From: an uncultured SAR324 cluster bacterium
Lineage (GTDB): Bacteria > SAR324 > NAC60-12
Assembly: GCA_905182865.1 (NCBI GenBank)
Contig: CAJJCY010000003.1
Location: 393,740-457,739 of the forward strand
Direction: 5' to 3'
DNA: 64,000 nt
Translations under genes and position numbers: made by a program
Shown here: positions 10,061-19,324 of the stretch, piece after piece
Layout: every line of letters starts with the position of its first letter
Position numbering within the stretch: the stretch's first letter is position 1
Notes under the pieces: model-generated
Databases searched by the model: none
The model's input: the letters and a program-made list of their open reading frames with translations, nothing else
What the model was told of the DNA's origin: nothing

Positions 10061-13048
10061 TTGCACGACAAACAAATGATTAATTGCCAAAATGAGATGC
10101 AGTATGGAGTGTTGATGAAAAACTTTTTTGTCTTTTTCCGTAAAATAATACCGGAAAAAAGCTGCTGTTTTGTTTTTATCATTTTGCTGCTCTGTTTTTC
10201 TTCATCTACGGCGGCAAAGGAGGAAGACTCTGAAAAACTTAAAAAAGATTATTTCCTATCACAAAGTTTGAAACTGGGAAAGAAACCGGTTCAGTCCGCT
10301 TTTTTCTCACCAAATGACCAGCAGGCTGTCATCTTGTCCGGAAGTTCTTCTCTGGAAATATTCAGAATTCAAAATGGAAAAAGACTGAGTGTAATTTCCA
10401 GTCATGAACATAAGGCCATTTCACTTGTCCTTCATGCTGGAGGAAAGTTGGCGGTGACCGGAGGGCAGGATGACACTGTTAGAATTTGGAGTACTGACCA
10501 GAGCACTGTACAGGCAGTTATGCGGGGTCATCTGAGTGCTGTTTCCGAACTTGCTCTTAATACTGGAGGAGAGATTTTGGCTTCTGGAAGTCTTGACGGA
10601 ACCGTTATCCTGTGGAACATGAAAGAACATGAATTGCTGAAATCTACCAAGGTTATCGGTAAAAGCAGCATAAAAAGTCTGGCCTTCCATCCGAATGGCA
10701 GAATTCTCGCCATTGGTGGAGAAGATGGAAGTTTACAATTTCGAAGTATCCCTGAAATGAAACTGATAACCACCCTCTCTGGTCATAAAAATTCGATTAA
10801 TGATCTTGAATTTAATCCGCGTGGCGATTTATTTGTTTCCGCCTCTGAGGATGGGAAAGTGATTATCTGGGATTGGAAAGTCAAAAAACAACGTTCCAAA
10901 ATAAACTTTGAAGAGGCTGTTTCAACAATAAGCATCAATCCAAAACTTGCAGAGATTGTTGTTGGAACTGCAGGAGGGAGACTTGAAACATGGAGTCTTG
11001 CAAAAGGAACATTGCTGCATCAAATCACTGAATCCGGTCCCTTGATTAGCAGTGCAGGATATGACAGAAACGGAAGCAGGATTATTTCTGCACTGGAAGA
11101 TGGAACTGTGCAGATCTGGGAAAATGGGGTATCACTGCATATGAAAACATTCAGCGGTCATGAGCGGATCGTTGAATCGCTAGAATTTTCGCAAAACAAC
11201 AAGTTTCTCATCAGTTCCTCCTCCGATAAAAGCGTACGTATCTGGGATCTGAAAACAAATGAGAGCGTACACAATTTTGATATCGGTAATCACAGGGTGC
11301 AGGACCTTCGTTTTGCTCCCGGAAGCCAACAATTTGCTACCGCGGGAACGGACAGTTCTGTGATAATCTGGGATGCAAAAGATGGAAGTCGCGTTCGTAC
11401 CTTGAAATTTCACAAAGGAAAAATCAATACCATCAGCTATCATCCTCAAGATTCAGTACTGCTTTCCGCGGGTTCTGACAGGAAGTGGGTACTATGGGAT
11501 TTGGTTTCCGGAAAGTCCCTGCTTTCTCATAAAGGGCATACCTCTCAAATATTAGCGGCATCTTTTTCTCCAGACGGCAAGCGCTTTGCCACTGCCGGCA
11601 GTGACCTTTTCATAAAAATCTGGCAATACCCTCAGGGAGAAGAGCTCGGACAACTCAAAGGACACAAGAAACCTGTTAGAACTCTGGCCTTCAGTCCCGA
11701 TGGTAAATTGCTTGCGAGCGGTTCACAGGACAATCAGATTTTTCTATGGGGACTTGAACCGGAAATTTCAAAGACTCCTTTCCGAAAATTAGTTGGACAC
11801 AGTGACACTGTTACTCAGATATTTTTTTCCATATCTGGAAAAGCATTGATTTCAATTTCCAAAGACAAAACGATGCGCCTGTGGGAAGTAAAAAGCGGTA
11901 ACATGCTGCGCATACTTCATGCTGACGCTACTCCTCTTTTTGCCGCTGCGCTAAGTCCAGACGGGAAATTAATTGCATTAAGCAACCTGACAAATGATAT
12001 TACCATCCTCACATTTCCAACCGATATTCCGGAGTTGCAGGATGATAAAGGTGACGTTTCAGCATCCGGAGAAACTGTTAATTCAGCAAGTTTACAAACT
12101 TCTGAGTCAGATTCGGATGCATCGGATAAATACGGAATTGACTTGGAGAATTTGAAGGAAATGGAAAAACTGCCGATGACTGCAGAAGAATTACGTGCCT
12201 ATGCTGTGACTGAAACCGAAGATTTATCAACAGTTCAATACGACTTGCAGCATCGTCTTAATCTGCTTCTTAAAACAAAAGACACGTGTCTGCATGCTGC
12301 AGAGATGGAAAAACTGGCACTGAAAATATTAGTCATTGTTCCTGATGATTTGGCTGCATATCATGCATTGGTCAAGACGTCTATCCTCAAACAGGATTTT
12401 GCAACACTGAGTCTGTTTGTAAGTTCGGGGTATTTTGCAGAATTGGATCAAGAACTTTATGATTATATTTCCATATTGGAAGTTAGAAATATTTTTGATA
12501 ATTTACGATTTGAGCTTTTTGATCAATCGTTTGTACGTCAGGGTAACAAACAAAAAATAAAATTGGAAAACTGCAAAGTCAATCCTCTCTCAGTCAGCTT
12601 ATCAGGAATTTCCTGGAACTTACGTTATCCAGTTGAGTTTTTAAAAAATATAAATTCTATACCTCGTTTGATTGACTTGCGGGAATATATGAATTTGCCG
12701 CAGAAAGAGTTTCAGGACAGGATGTTTGCTGAGATAGAACGGATTCTCGGAAGCAAGACTCCTCATTCTACTTCATACCTCCCGAAAACACCGGAAGAGC
12801 GGTCAGAAAAGGTTCCGGTAGGAATACTGAATTTAAATCTTGAAAAAGCCCAGACCTGGAAAGATGACGGCATGGCTTCATTTAGCTTACGTAAACTAGG
12901 GGGGCAGTGGCAGAGCTACCAAACCGATCGGGATAACAGAATTGTCATGCATCTTCCTGCAGGAAGTTATTCTCTGAAAGTTGCAGGAGTTTTAAGAAAA
13001 ACATTTTTCCTCATTGACGGCACCCAGCTAGACCTGTCTATTGATTAA
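10061..13048 (+). CDS. Large WD40-repeat protein with an N-terminal signal/TM segment and a ~330-aa C-terminal domain of unknown function. The probable start is the Met near 10115.
   Basis: About 13 tandem WD40 units ('GH..SV..LA....G..LASGS.DGTV..W' pattern repeated). The hydrophobic N-terminus is 'FVFIILLLCFSSSTAA'. Confidence 0.8.
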   Translation: MHDKQMINCQNEMQYGVLMKNFFVFFRKIIPEKSCCFVFIILLLCFSSSTAAKEEDSEKLKKDYFLSQSLKLGKKPVQSAFFSPNDQQAVILSGSSSLEIFRIQNGKRLSVISSHEHKAISLVLHAGGKLAVTGGQDDTVRIWSTDQSTVQAVMRGHLSAVSELALNTGGEILASGSLDGTVILWNMKEHELLKSTKVIGKSSIKSLAFHPNGRILAIGGEDGSLQFRSIPEMKLITTLSGHKNSINDLEFNPRGDLFVSASEDGKVIIWDWKVKKQRSKINFEEAVSTISINPKLAEIVVGTAGGRLETWSLAKGTLLHQITESGPLISSAGYDRNGSRIISALEDGTVQIWENGVSLHMKTFSGHERIVESLEFSQNNKFLISSSSDKSVRIWDLKTNESVHNFDIGNHRVQDLRFAPGSQQFATAGTDSSVIIWDAKDGSRVRTLKFHKGKINTISYHPQDSVLLSAGSDRKWVLWDLVSGKSLLSHKGHTSQILAASFSPDGKRFATAGSDLFIKIWQYPQGEELGQLKGHKKPVRTLAFSPDGKLLASGSQDNQIFLWGLEPEISKTPFRKLVGHSDTVTQIFFSISGKALISISKDKTMRLWEVKSGNMLRILHADATPLFAAALSPDGKLIALSNLTNDITILTFPTDIPELQDDKGDVSASGETVNSASLQTSESDSDASDKYGIDLENLKEMEKLPMTAEELRAYAVTETEDLSTVQYDLQHRLNLLLKTKDTCLHAAEMEKLALKILVIVPDDLAAYHALVKTSILKQDFATLSLFVSSGYFAELDQELYDYISILEVRNIFDNLRFELFDQSFVRQGNKQKIKLENCKVNPLSVSLSGISWNLRYPVEFLKNINSIPRLIDLREYMNLPQKEFQDRMFAEIERILGSKTPHSTSYLPKTPEERSEKVPVGILNLNLEKAQTWKDDGMASFSLRKLGGQWQSYQTDRDNRIVMHLPAGSYSLKVAGVLRKTFFLIDGTQLDLSID

Positions 13049-13137
13049 AATGCAACAGCGGGGGACTCCGGCATGATGTTGCTTTAGTTTCTTGTTTAAG
13101 AGGTAGCCCCTGACGGATCTTGTGCTGAGTCGAAAGG

Positions 13138-14466
13138 CTATTCTATTAAGACGCCAGGTAAAATTGAGCTTCGGAACCAATACCAGGCTAATCCGCCGGT
13201 GGCCAGATTTCCAAGTGCGATGCCGAAAAAGAATCCGGTTGTGCCCCAGATTTGTGATCCCAGATAAACCAGGGGAATTAGGAAGAGAAAGAGGCGCAGG
13301 AGATTGATTGTAGTTGAGTGAAAAGGGCGATGGAGTGCGTTGCATGAGGCACTGACCAGCTGTGATATACCGTGAAAGGCAAAACCGAAAGGAACGATCC
13401 AGAAAAATTGCTGTATTAAGTTTTGAATTTCAGGATCATCTGAAAAGGCCCAGGCAATGCCACCCGAAAATAGTGCAAGGATTACCCAGGCTGTAGTACC
13501 CCAAACTAAAGCAAAGCGCTGCGAAAAGCGGCTTGCATCTTTTATCCTTCCAAACTTTCCTGCACCTAAATTTTGTCCTATAAAAGGTATGAGTACCGAT
13601 GAAAGTGCCATTGATCCGATCATTGCAATAGATTCTATACGTGTGCCCACTCCAAAAGCTGCGACTGTTGCGTCGCCAAGATCTGCCGCAATACGAGTTA
13701 AAACCGCATTTGAGAATGGAAAAAGAAGCTGGGTTACCATGGCAGGAATACCGATATAAAGTAAGGCTTTCCAGGAACGCAGGATTTCAGCAATTCCCGG
13801 CCAGTTTATGGTCAGCATTCTCTCCCGTATTCCAAGTACCCATAAACCTGCAATCATGATACTGATATAAGAAATAACAGTGGCAATGGCCGCACCCTGA
13901 ATTCCGAGTTCCGGAAATGGACCGTAGCCAAAAATCAAAAGTGGATCCAGGACGGCATTAACGCCTGCGGCGATTATCATGATCCAACTGGGGGTTTTTG
14001 TGTCTCCTGTAGCCCGAATCGCACTGTTTCCAACTATTGGTATCACTACAAATACTACTCCTGACAACCATGGAATCATGTATTGCTTGATGAGCGGCAA
14101 CGATTCTGTTGATGCTCCCATCAGTGTGAAAATAGAGTCGAGCGCAAAAAAACTAAGTCCGGCGACACAGATGATAATTAAGGCGACCAGGAGCAGACTG
14201 TCTGTAGTCAGTCGCTGGACTCTGTGCTGGTCCCCTTCGCCGATAGCACGTGAAATAACGGCAGCAGCCCCAATTCCTATGCCAAAGGAAAAGCTCATCA
14301 AAGTAAAAGTAACCGGGAAAGTAAAACTGATTGCAACCAGTTCCCGGACTCCAATCAGGCTGATGTAAAATGTATCCACCAGGTTGAAAAGCATGATTGA
14401 GACAAGTCCGAATATCATTGGAACTGCCAGACGAATCAAGGAAGGGCCAACTGGACCTTCAGTCAT
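13138..14466 (-). CDS. MATE-family efflux transporter. The ORF extends to 14538; the likely start is 'MTEGPVG'.
   Basis: Twelve-TM profile and a typical MATE N-terminus 'LIRLAVPMIFGLVS'. Confidence 0.85.
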   Translation of the reverse strand: MTEGPVGPSLIRLAVPMIFGLVSIMLFNLVDTFYISLIGVRELVAISFTFPVTFTLMSFSFGIGIGAAAVISRAIGEGDQHRVQRLTTDSLLLVALIIICVAGLSFFALDSIFTLMGASTESLPLIKQYMIPWLSGVVFVVIPIVGNSAIRATGDTKTPSWIMIIAAGVNAVLDPLLIFGYGPFPELGIQGAAIATVISYISIMIAGLWVLGIRERMLTINWPGIAEILRSWKALLYIGIPAMVTQLLFPFSNAVLTRIAADLGDATVAAFGVGTRIESIAMIGSMALSSVLIPFIGQNLGAGKFGRIKDASRFSQRFALVWGTTAWVILALFSGGIAWAFSDDPEIQNLIQQFFWIVPFGFAFHGISQLVSASCNALHRPFHSTTINLLRLFLFLIPLVYLGSQIWGTTGFFFGIALGNLATGGLAWYWFRSSILPGVLIE

Positions 14467-14742
14467 GCGCTTTCTGACTGAAGGTTGTCTTGAAGAATTA
14501 GCAGAAGGAGAGGGTGTCAATAAAACCTGAAAGTGCAATGATTGGGAGTTATCTTTCTTAAAACAGTGAGGAAATAAGATAGTAGCATATTATACACTCA
14601 ACTCACAACTGGGATTCGCTTTTGGGTCAGGAATCCTCTTTATTGAAATAACTATTAAAGGCCGGAATCGGCTTGATTGCACGATATATGTGTGGGAGCC
14701 TGTACGCATACTGTGATTCAGAACAATTTTTTGTAAAACCTC

Positions 14743-15999
14743 ATGTCCACCTCAAACCGACACAAATCTGCATCCATACATGAAATTCCAGAGTCGGATT
14801 CGTTGTTTGACGACCTGGCACTGCGTCGGGAATTGAGCGCAAATCTGGTTGGATTCTGCCGTTATCTACGTCAGAACGGACTTCGTACCGGAATGGGTGA
14901 GCAGATGGATGCGCTGCGTTCTTTGGAAGAAGTAGATTTAAAGGATGAACTTGCTTTCAGAATGGCTCTCCGCACTACTTTAGCCAAGAGTATCCGGGAA
15001 CAGGAAATTTTTGATGAGCACTATCATCGTTTCTGGTATATCTGGGAAAGTGCAGAAAATATCCAACAGCGTTTCAAGGCAAAAAAGGAGGAACCTGCCG
15101 CAGTAGTAGTGGATGCACGTCTAAACAAAGAATCATTCATGTCAATCGGAGATTGGCTGGGAGGTACAGAGACAGTCGAAGAGGAAAAAGAAGCTGCAGG
15201 CTACAGTCCTTTTGAGACAGATTCTGAACGAGATTTCAGTTCTTTTCGTGCAGAGGAGCTCAGCGAAGTAATGCACCTCATCAACGAAATAGGTAAGGCG
15301 TTGGCAACTCGTTTCAACCGCAGAACAAAAAGTTCAAAAAAACGAGGACTTATAGATTTACGCAGAACAATGCGCTTAAGTTTGCGTCGTGGAGGAGAAA
15401 TTATTGATTTGGCATATTCCCGGCGCAGGCGCCAACGTCTGAAATTGGTGCTGTTATGTGACGTGAGTAAATCGATGGACCTTTACAGTCGTTTCCTGAT
15501 CCAGTTCATCTATGCTTTTCAGAATGTTTATCGACGTATTGAAACCTTCGTTTTCAGTACTTCACTGCACCGAATTACGGAAACTTTACGCAAGGAAGAA
15601 TTGTACTCTGCGCTAGAACAACTTTCAACAACAGTCCCGGACTGGTCCGGTGGTACAAAAATTGGCGCTTCTTTTAAGCAATTTGTTGAACAGTTCGGTC
15701 TCAAGCTGGTTGATTCTCAAACTGTAGTGCTTATCATCAGTGATGGTTGGGACACAGGTGAAGTAGATTTGCTGGAAGACAGTATGCACTTTTTACATAA
15801 ACATGCCCGTAATGTGATATGGCTCAATCCACTCAAAGGTAGACCAGGATACCAACCTGCTACCCGGGGAATGCAGGCGGCTTTGCCTCATATTGATATT
15901 TTTGCTTCGGCCCATAATCTCAACAGTCTCAGGAGTCTTGTTCACCAGTTGGCTCGCATCCAGGGTGGACAAAGCAGCCGCTTGGCAATCGGAGTTTGA
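14743..15999 (+). CDS. VWA-domain protein, CoxE-like
   Basis: MIDAS region 'LVLLCDVSKSMD' and a CoxE-like C-terminal half ('LIISDGWDTGE'). Confidence 0.7.
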   Translation: MSTSNRHKSASIHEIPESDSLFDDLALRRELSANLVGFCRYLRQNGLRTGMGEQMDALRSLEEVDLKDELAFRMALRTTLAKSIREQEIFDEHYHRFWYIWESAENIQQRFKAKKEEPAAVVVDARLNKESFMSIGDWLGGTETVEEEKEAAGYSPFETDSERDFSSFRAEELSEVMHLINEIGKALATRFNRRTKSSKKRGLIDLRRTMRLSLRRGGEIIDLAYSRRRRQRLKLVLLCDVSKSMDLYSRFLIQFIYAFQNVYRRIETFVFSTSLHRITETLRKEELYSALEQLSTTVPDWSGGTKIGASFKQFVEQFGLKLVDSQTVVLIISDGWDTGEVDLLEDSMHFLHKHARNVIWLNPLKGRPGYQPATRGMQAALPHIDIFASAHNLNSLRSLVHQLARIQGGQSSRLAIGV

Positions 16000-16080
16000 T
16001 ACTAAGCAATCCTGAAATTGAATTGAAAACAATAATTTGTCAAAGTTGACAGCAATCTAACATATTGTTCAGTAGGTACT

Positions 16081-16602
16081 ATGCCTTTATACACACTCGA
16101 TGAATCGAGTCCAGAATTTACAAAAACAACTTTTATTGCACCAGATGCCAGTCTCATAGGAAGAGTACGGATTGGTGCTTATTCTTCAGTTTGGTTTAAC
16201 GCAGTTCTCCGGGGAGATATGGAATACATCAGCATTGGAGACGAAACCAGTTTTCAGGATTTAAGCATGGGACATTCTGATCCCGGATTCCCGCTGATTA
16301 TTGGGAATCGGGTGACGGTAGGACATCACTGCGTAATGCACGGCTGCGAAGTTGAAGACGACTGCCTGATTGGAATGGGTGCGATTTTGATGAATGGAGT
16401 AAAAATTGGTCGTGGGAGTATTGTGGGTGCGGGTGCAGTTGTGCTGGAAGGAACGGAAGTTCCTCCGTTTTCAATGATCGCCGGATCGCCTGCAAAAGTT
16501 CGCAAGACCTATGAAGAAAGCATTTTGGAGAATATCAGAAGTATGTCGCAAATTTATGTAAAGCGTACGATACGATACCTTGAACAAAATATTGGTGGAT
16601 AA
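16081..16602 (+). CDS. Gamma-class carbonic anhydrase family protein (hexapeptide-repeat, YrdA/PaaY-like)
   Basis: Left-handed beta-helix hexapeptide repeats and the 'GHHCVMHGC' His ligand region. Confidence 0.8.
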   Translation: MPLYTLDESSPEFTKTTFIAPDASLIGRVRIGAYSSVWFNAVLRGDMEYISIGDETSFQDLSMGHSDPGFPLIIGNRVTVGHHCVMHGCEVEDDCLIGMGAILMNGVKIGRGSIVGAGAVVLEGTEVPPFSMIAGSPAKVRKTYEESILENIRSMSQIYVKRTIRYLEQNIGG

Positions 16603-16812
16603 AGTAAAGGCTTAATCCATGCCATGTTTGCCTGCGAAACGTTGGACTACAGTAATTTTGTTGGTGTAGTTATATGTTAACAGATTGAAATAATTAATCA
16701 TTTATAATTTATTAATTTATATTTCATGAAAGCTTGTATTTGATCAACTCTTTGTTACAATGTTTGACGGCGAAATCGTTTCGTCTTGGGGTTTCCCGTA
16801 AAAAATTGCTCT

Positions 16813-16918
16813 TTATCCACAATTAAAACTTCGGATAAAGATGAATGAGGGTTTCTTTAAGGGTACCTCACATTGAGTTTGAAAGTTATTTTATTTGGGA
16901 CAAGAATTTTGTGGATAA
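16813..16918. promoter_or_regulatory. Pair of inverted DnaA-box-like 9-mers, TTATCCACA at 16813-16821 and its reverse complement at 16910-16918. They sit in an AT-rich 370-bp intergenic region upstream of the substrate-binding protein gene.
   Basis: Exact matches to the DnaA box consensus TTATCCACA. The flanking 12-14 nt also form an imperfect inverted repeat. Confidence 0.3.
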
Positions 16919-16973
16919 GATGAGATTTCAAACTACATTTATTCTCTAACATTCATTTTCAGGAGACTGCTAA

Positions 16974-18017
16974 GTGACTATAATTGACAAGGCTCCAGAG
17001 GCTTTTAAATTTTTCTTGTCAACAGTTACGGCCGCATGCATCGCCGCACCGACCCTTGCGGGCGAGCTGTTGGTTTATTCCAGTACGGATGCAGATAATC
17101 TCAAATATTATATGGAGGAATTCCAAAAAGATAATCCCGATATTAAAGTCAATGTTGTGCGCGAATCTACGGGAACCATGGCCGCCAAAATGATGGCTGA
17201 AAAAGATAACCCGCAAGCAGATTTCCTTTTTGAAATGGCGGCAACTGTCGCGCTCAACATGGAATCCCAAGGGATGTTTCATGAATACACGCCCGTGGGG
17301 ATGGACAAGATAGACCCTCGTTATGTTGACACAACAGCACCTGTTACCTGGGTTGGAAATTATGGCTGGGCCGGTTGCATCTGCTGGAACAGGATCGAAG
17401 CTGAGAAGCTTGGTTTGCCAAAGCCAACATCTTGGGCAGAGTTGGTAAACCCGATTTATAAAGGTCACATTTCGATGCCAAATCCAGCCTCATCTGGCAC
17501 AGGATTCCTTGATGTGTCCAGCTGGATGCAGATTATGGGCGAAGATAAGGCATGGGAATATATGGATGCGCTGCATGAGAATGTTGGTATTTACACCCAT
17601 TCTGGATCAAAGCCGTGTAAACAGGCCGGCGCAGGGGAATTTCCAATCGGTATTTCGTGGCCGGGTCGGGCGATCAAAATCATCAAGGCGGGTGCACCGA
17701 TTGATATGATCATTCCTGATGAAGGTATCGGTTGGGAAATGCAGGTTGTTGCCATTATTAAGGGCACGGACAACCTGCCAGACGCAAAGCGATTGATGGA
17801 CTGGACACTTGCCCGAGGGATGGAGCTTTTTGGAGAACGCCAATCCATCATAGCTGATGTTTCCAAGGTCAAAAAAGACCCTGAATTGCCTGATTTTTAT
17901 GATGAGGTTGTGGCCAAACTGATCAATAATGATTTCGTTTGGGCAGCTCAGAACAAAACTGAAATCGTCGGCGAATGGAAAAGACGCTATGACGGCAAGT
18001 CAGAGCCAAAAAAATAG
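16974..18017 (+). CDS. ABC transporter substrate-binding protein, Fe3+/2-aminoethylphosphonate (AfuA/PhnS) family
   Basis: Signal peptide plus 'LLVYSSTDADNLK...EKDNPQADFLF', characteristic of the AfuA/PhnS family. Confidence 0.7.
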   Translation: MTIIDKAPEAFKFFLSTVTAACIAAPTLAGELLVYSSTDADNLKYYMEEFQKDNPDIKVNVVRESTGTMAAKMMAEKDNPQADFLFEMAATVALNMESQGMFHEYTPVGMDKIDPRYVDTTAPVTWVGNYGWAGCICWNRIEAEKLGLPKPTSWAELVNPIYKGHISMPNPASSGTGFLDVSSWMQIMGEDKAWEYMDALHENVGIYTHSGSKPCKQAGAGEFPIGISWPGRAIKIIKAGAPIDMIIPDEGIGWEMQVVAIIKGTDNLPDAKRLMDWTLARGMELFGERQSIIADVSKVKKDPELPDFYDEVVAKLINNDFVWAAQNKTEIVGEWKRRYDGKSEPKK

Positions 18018-18168
18018 CCGGCAGTTTGCATAGTGAAAAGATCAAGTATCAGTAAAGCGGAAAGAGGCGGTATCGCCTCTTTCTGGCCCACTTACCTAAT
18101 CTGTTTGTAAAACCAGTTAGCGGTGACGAATATGAATTCCTGTAGATAATACGTTCGACTTCGCTGCT

Positions 18169-19200
18169 GTGGAGACTTTAACATACATGGATTTTCGCAG
18201 GCCTTTGAGTGTAAAAATACATGTGCCAGCCGAGGCAACCGTATGGCTTTTTTGGGGTATCAGGTTGTGGAAAGACAACCCTTTTACGCTGTATTGCAGG
18301 GTTGGAAACACAGTCTTCAGGAACCATTACCCAAAAGAATGTAGAAATTTCCAGGCTTCCTCCATCGGCAAGGGATTTCGGTATTGTTTTTCAATCTTAT
18401 GCTCTTTTTCCCAATTTGACAGTGTTTTCAAATATATCCTATGGCCTGATCAATCATAAGTGGGGGAAAGAAAAAATCAACTCAAGAGTCAACGAATTGC
18501 TTGACCTGGTGGGATTGAAATCCCATTCAACTAAATACCCAGGCCAGTTATCTGGCGGGGAGCAACAGCGTGTGGCTTTGGCAAGAGCTCTTGCAACATC
18601 TCTTACAACTGCTCTAGCTGCCATCGTTCCAAAGGTAGCTATCTGATCTCAGAAAACAGATAAAAGATCTACATCGTAAACTAGGAATTACAACGATCAT
18701 GGTCACACATGATCAAGAAGAAGCATTAGCTGTTTCAGATGAAATTGTAGTTATGCGAAATGCCAATCACTTTTTCATCGTAAGGATGTATGCTTTTTAT
18801 AAAAGCTAATTCGCCTTTTATTGCAGATTTTATCGGAGTTACAAATTTTATCGATGCCAAAGTCCTTGCAAAAAACAAAGTAGCCTGCCATAGCTTTGAG
18901 TTGAATTGTAATACAGAAGATCTGAATACTGATCTTTCTGTCCGACTGGCTATCAGACCTGAATGCATCATCCTGAACCATGCTACTTCGGATTCAGAAA
19001 ACTCCATCGACGCCGTCATCGTGGAGAATGAATTCCTTGGTTCTTTTCAGAGGATTTATGTAGAATCAACTTTACTATCCAATGAGCTACTTATGATTGA
19101 TGTGTCTAGTGCATCTCTCACAGAGATGGATTTAACTCCCGGTTCACAAATCCACATGATACTTCCTCCGGATCAGATAAGAGTTTATCCCTGTGACTGA
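18169..19200 (+). pseudogene. ABC transporter ATPase (PhnT/AfuC-like) pseudogene. Its pieces lie in three frames and the Walker B region is deleted.
   Basis: Walker A 'GVSGCGKTT' and signature '[16 protein letters not shown]' are in frame 2 (18221-18646). The H-loop '[31 protein letters not shown]' is in another frame (~18669-18790). The C-terminal TOBE-like domain is in a third frame (18790-19200). No 'LLLDEP' is present. Confidence 0.7.
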
Positions 19201-19324
19201 TCTATCCCTTTCCAAAATTTACCCGGCCAATATCCAAGTAATAATTCTGAGGAAGTAGAATCTGTATAGTTATTGGTTCTTATGTTTTGAGCTCGCTCTG
19301 TATTCTCTTTTATCACTTGGTACT

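Noticed and set aside
10421-10773. Minus-strand ORFs inside the WD40 gene. Similar antisense ORFs sit inside genes at 17019-17468, 17591-17872, 36815-37171, 43406-43852, 45744-45950, 60756-61114 and 61369-61590.
   Set aside because: They are fully embedded in, and antisense or out of frame to, well-supported genes. They have no motifs.
16603-16973. Chromosomal replication origin
   Set aside because: There are only two DnaA boxes and no dnaA/dnaN context. Kept as a low-confidence regulatory note.
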